From NCBI GenBank assembly GCA_963746775.1, contig CAVVCK010000002.1:75571-139570 (forward strand): a stretch of 64,000 nt of DNA, read 5' to 3'. Source of the DNA: an uncultured bacterium. Lineage in GTDB: Bacteria > Patescibacteriota > JABMPQ01 > CAVVCK01. Under the pieces are notes generated by a model that worked only from the letters and a program-made list of their open reading frames with translations, had not been told where the DNA came from and made no database searches. The translations under genes were made by a program, and so were the position numbers. Of the stretch, positions 61,480 to 64,000 are shown one piece after another (the stretch's first letter is position 1; each line of letters opens with the position of its first letter).

Positions 61480-61526
61480 TTTTCAAGGTGCTACTCTTAG
61501 TTTATGTCCCTTTAAAGGAATGTCAA
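61480..61526 (-). promoter_or_regulatory. sigma70 promoter plus boxA-like leader motif
   Basis: TTGACA-16-TAAACT, then GCACCTTGAAAA. Confidence 0.5.
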
Positions 61527-61557
61527 TGTATGCTTATCCACTTTTTTCTATAATTAC

Positions 61558-63144
61558 TTACATCTTCTCCGGTGCCTCAATTCCTAAAATATCCAAAGTA
61601 TTTTTTAAAACAATTTTAGATGCTAAAAGTAGGGTCAGTCTTGCCTTCTGCAACTCTTCATCTTCACCAATAACCTTGCATTTCTCATAGAATTTATGAA
61701 ATTTATCAGCTAGAGATTTAGCATAAGTTGTTAATTTATGTACTTCATAGCTTTGCGCTACATCCAATACTAATTCAGGTAAGATATTAAGTTCTCTAAT
61801 TAAATCTATTTCAGCCACTTCTTTTAATAAACTTAAATCTGCTTTTTCTATATCACTTTCTCTAATTCCTGCTTTTCTAAAAATACTACAAATCCTGGCA
61901 TGAGCATATTGAACATAGAATACTGGATTTTTACTGGATTTCTCTTTGGCTAAATCTAAATCAAAATCCATATGAGTATTATGAGAATGCATTAAAAAGA
62001 AAAATCTAACAGCATCTTTTCCAACTTCATTTAATAAATCATCAATGGTTACATAAGTACCAGCTCGCTTAGACATTTTGAATTCCTGCCCATCCTTTAT
62101 AACCCTGACAAACTGAGTTAAAATTATTTCTAGTTTTCCTTCATACCCCAAGGCTTTCATCGCACCCATTACCCTCGCTACATCCCCATGATGATCAGCT
62201 CCCCATATATCTATAACCCTATCAAATCCTCTTTCAAATTTATCCTTGTGATAAGCTATATCTCCACCAAAATAGGTTATTTCTCCAGTTGATTTTCTAA
62301 TAACCCTGTCTTTTTCATCACCAAATTTTATTGCTCTAAACCATAGCGCTCCCTCTTTTTCATAAATTAAATCCTTCTTTTTTAGCTCCTCAAATCTTTT
62401 TTCAATCTTTCCCTCCTCATGTAAACTTTTTTCATAAAAATAATTATCAAATTTAATACCTAATTTTTCCATAGAAGGCTTAATAATGTTTTCTACAATT
62501 TCGTTTGCAGCCTCTTGACCTACTCCGAACGGATCGTTCCCTTTGATCTTGCTATGTAAATTATCAATGTAATCACCCCTATACTGAGCTTCTTCATCTT
62601 TTAAAACAGAATGCCCCAATACTTTTATTTGATTTCCATAATTATTTACATAATACTCTCTACTTACATCATAATTAGCTTTTTCTAAAACATTAGCCAA
62701 TACGTCACCATAAGGACCACCTCTGCCGTTGCCTAAATGAACAGGACCAGTTGGATTAGCCGATACAAATTCAACCATCACTTTTTTCTTTTCTCCTAAA
62801 TTACAATTACCAAAGTTTTCTTTTTCTTTAATAATTTTTTCGATTTTATCTTGAAAATATTTATTAGATAAATAAAAATTAATAAAACCAGGTTTTACTG
62901 CTTCGACTTTTTTTATATTTTCATTTTCTTCAATATTATTTTTAATAATTTCAGTAATCTCAAAAGGATTTTTCTTTACTACCTTAGCTATTTGCATGGC
63001 AATATTAGATGAATAATCACCAAATTCACTATTCTCTGGATGTTCTAATTTAATTTCAGGTATATCAAAATAAGGTAAATCTTTATTTTCTTGCGCTGAT
63101 TTTATAGCCTTTTTTATTAATTCTTTTATTTCCTTATTTATCAT
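61558..63144 (-). CDS. argS: Arginine--tRNA ligase
   Basis: EFVSANPTGPVHLGNGRG, WGADH, KMSKRAG, YVQYAHARICS. Confidence 0.97.
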   Translation of the reverse strand: MINKEIKELIKKAIKSAQENKDLPYFDIPEIKLEHPENSEFGDYSSNIAMQIAKVVKKNPFEITEIIKNNIEENENIKKVEAVKPGFINFYLSNKYFQDKIEKIIKEKENFGNCNLGEKKKVMVEFVSANPTGPVHLGNGRGGPYGDVLANVLEKANYDVSREYYVNNYGNQIKVLGHSVLKDEEAQYRGDYIDNLHSKIKGNDPFGVGQEAANEIVENIIKPSMEKLGIKFDNYFYEKSLHEEGKIEKRFEELKKKDLIYEKEGALWFRAIKFGDEKDRVIRKSTGEITYFGGDIAYHKDKFERGFDRVIDIWGADHHGDVARVMGAMKALGYEGKLEIILTQFVRVIKDGQEFKMSKRAGTYVTIDDLLNEVGKDAVRFFFLMHSHNTHMDFDLDLAKEKSSKNPVFYVQYAHARICSIFRKAGIRESDIEKADLSLLKEVAEIDLIRELNILPELVLDVAQSYEVHKLTTYAKSLADKFHKFYEKCKVIGEDEELQKARLTLLLASKIVLKNTLDILGIEAPEKM

Positions 63145-63259
63145 TTTTTATTCTTAATTCTTAATTCTAGATTCATGATTCTATCTTATCAAATATAAAT
63201 AATAATGTTAAAATCACTATACTACAAAATCAATTATAACAACATTTAACAATTTTTCC

Positions 63260-63736
63260 ATGCCAATTTTAGCCAAAAACAAAAGAGCTACTTTTGATTA
63301 TAACATACTAGAAAAATTTGAAGCAGGCATAGAATTAAATGGACCTGAAGTGAAATCAGTCAGATTAGGCCAAGTAAACTTAAAAGGAAGTTATGTTGTA
63401 GTCCAAAATACAGGAAATTCTGGAAAATCAGAAGCTTGGCTTCTAAATTGCCATATATCAGCTTATAAATTTTCTAGCAAACTTTATAAGAAAAATTACG
63501 ATCCAGATCGATCTAGAAAATTATTATTACATAAGAAAGAAATTAACTATCTGAGCGGAAAACAAAAGGAAAAGGGCTTGACCTTAGTGCCGCTTTTATT
63601 GTATACTTCAGGAAGAAAAATCAAAGTTAAAGTAGGAATCGGACAAGGAAAAAAGAAATTTGAGAAAAGAGAAGACATTAAAAAAAGAGAAGACAATAGG
63701 GTTATAAAAAGAGCTATGAGAGGAAAAGTAGAATAA
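63260..63736 (+). CDS. smpB: SsrA-binding protein
   Basis: NKRA.FDY, EAGIEL.G.EVKS, RKLLLHKKEI. Confidence 0.97.
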   Translation: MPILAKNKRATFDYNILEKFEAGIELNGPEVKSVRLGQVNLKGSYVVVQNTGNSGKSEAWLLNCHISAYKFSSKLYKKNYDPDRSRKLLLHKKEINYLSGKQKEKGLTLVPLLLYTSGRKIKVKVGIGQGKKKFEKREDIKKREDNRVIKRAMRGKVE

Positions 63737-63742
63737 CTCTTA

Positions 63743-64000
63743 GGGGATGCCAAGAATCGATGGAAAGATGTATATTAAAAAATTCAAATCGAGATGTTAG
63801 TGCTCGTAAAATACTAGCAAAATTATAAGTGCAAACTTATTAACAAAGGCTAGAGAAGGATTTGCTTCTTTCTCAATGCCCCAACTTGCAGTAGCCTAAA
63901 TTCTGCTGCCGTCTCACCTAATTTTACCTGCAAGCTAGGATGAGACGTTATATGCAGGTGTAGATAGTCTTTCGCGCTTTCAAAAGATTATCGAATATTT
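63743..64000 (+). ncRNA. ssrA: tmRNA, 5' part (truncated by window end); tag ANLLTKAREGFASFSMPQLAVA at 63831-63899
   Basis: GGGGATG..TCGA 5' end directly after smpB; ATAAGT-GCA resume context; tag ends LAVA*. Confidence 0.9.

Overview
AT-rich bacterial chromosome segment (genetic code 11). Gene content and style (rpmH-rnpA-yidD-yidC-jag, many GT-C and O-antigen-ligase-like genes, four-helix-bundle/DUF559/RAYT genes with palindromes, long tmRNA tag) suggest Patescibacteria/CPR; this assignment is inference. Positions 1-34.8 kb hold a large, mostly minus-strand surface-glycan locus: GT2/GT4/GT8/GT-C, uxs, gmd-rmd, sulfotransferases, methyltransferases, a TupA-like ATP-grasp fusion and wzm/wzt. 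It contains several chimeric gene scars joined at microhomologies. Positions 34.7-38.2 kb are a tandem ~1.72 kb duplication next to tRNA-Ser(CGA), carrying two mosaic alleles of a GC-rich, foreign-looking lipoprotein (Asp-Gly repeats, MopE-like repeats, LamG). Positions 38.7-52 kb hold the rpmH..jag cluster and a second glycosylation cluster. Positions 52-64 kb hold queA, ruvB, a candidate rod-shaped ncRNA with its own promoter, a VanW-family protein, a CIRCE-controlled Zn-finger Clp ATPase, argS, smpB and the 5' part of tmRNA. At least five families of small palindromic or tandem-repeat elements are scattered through the window, some inserted in-frame in genes.
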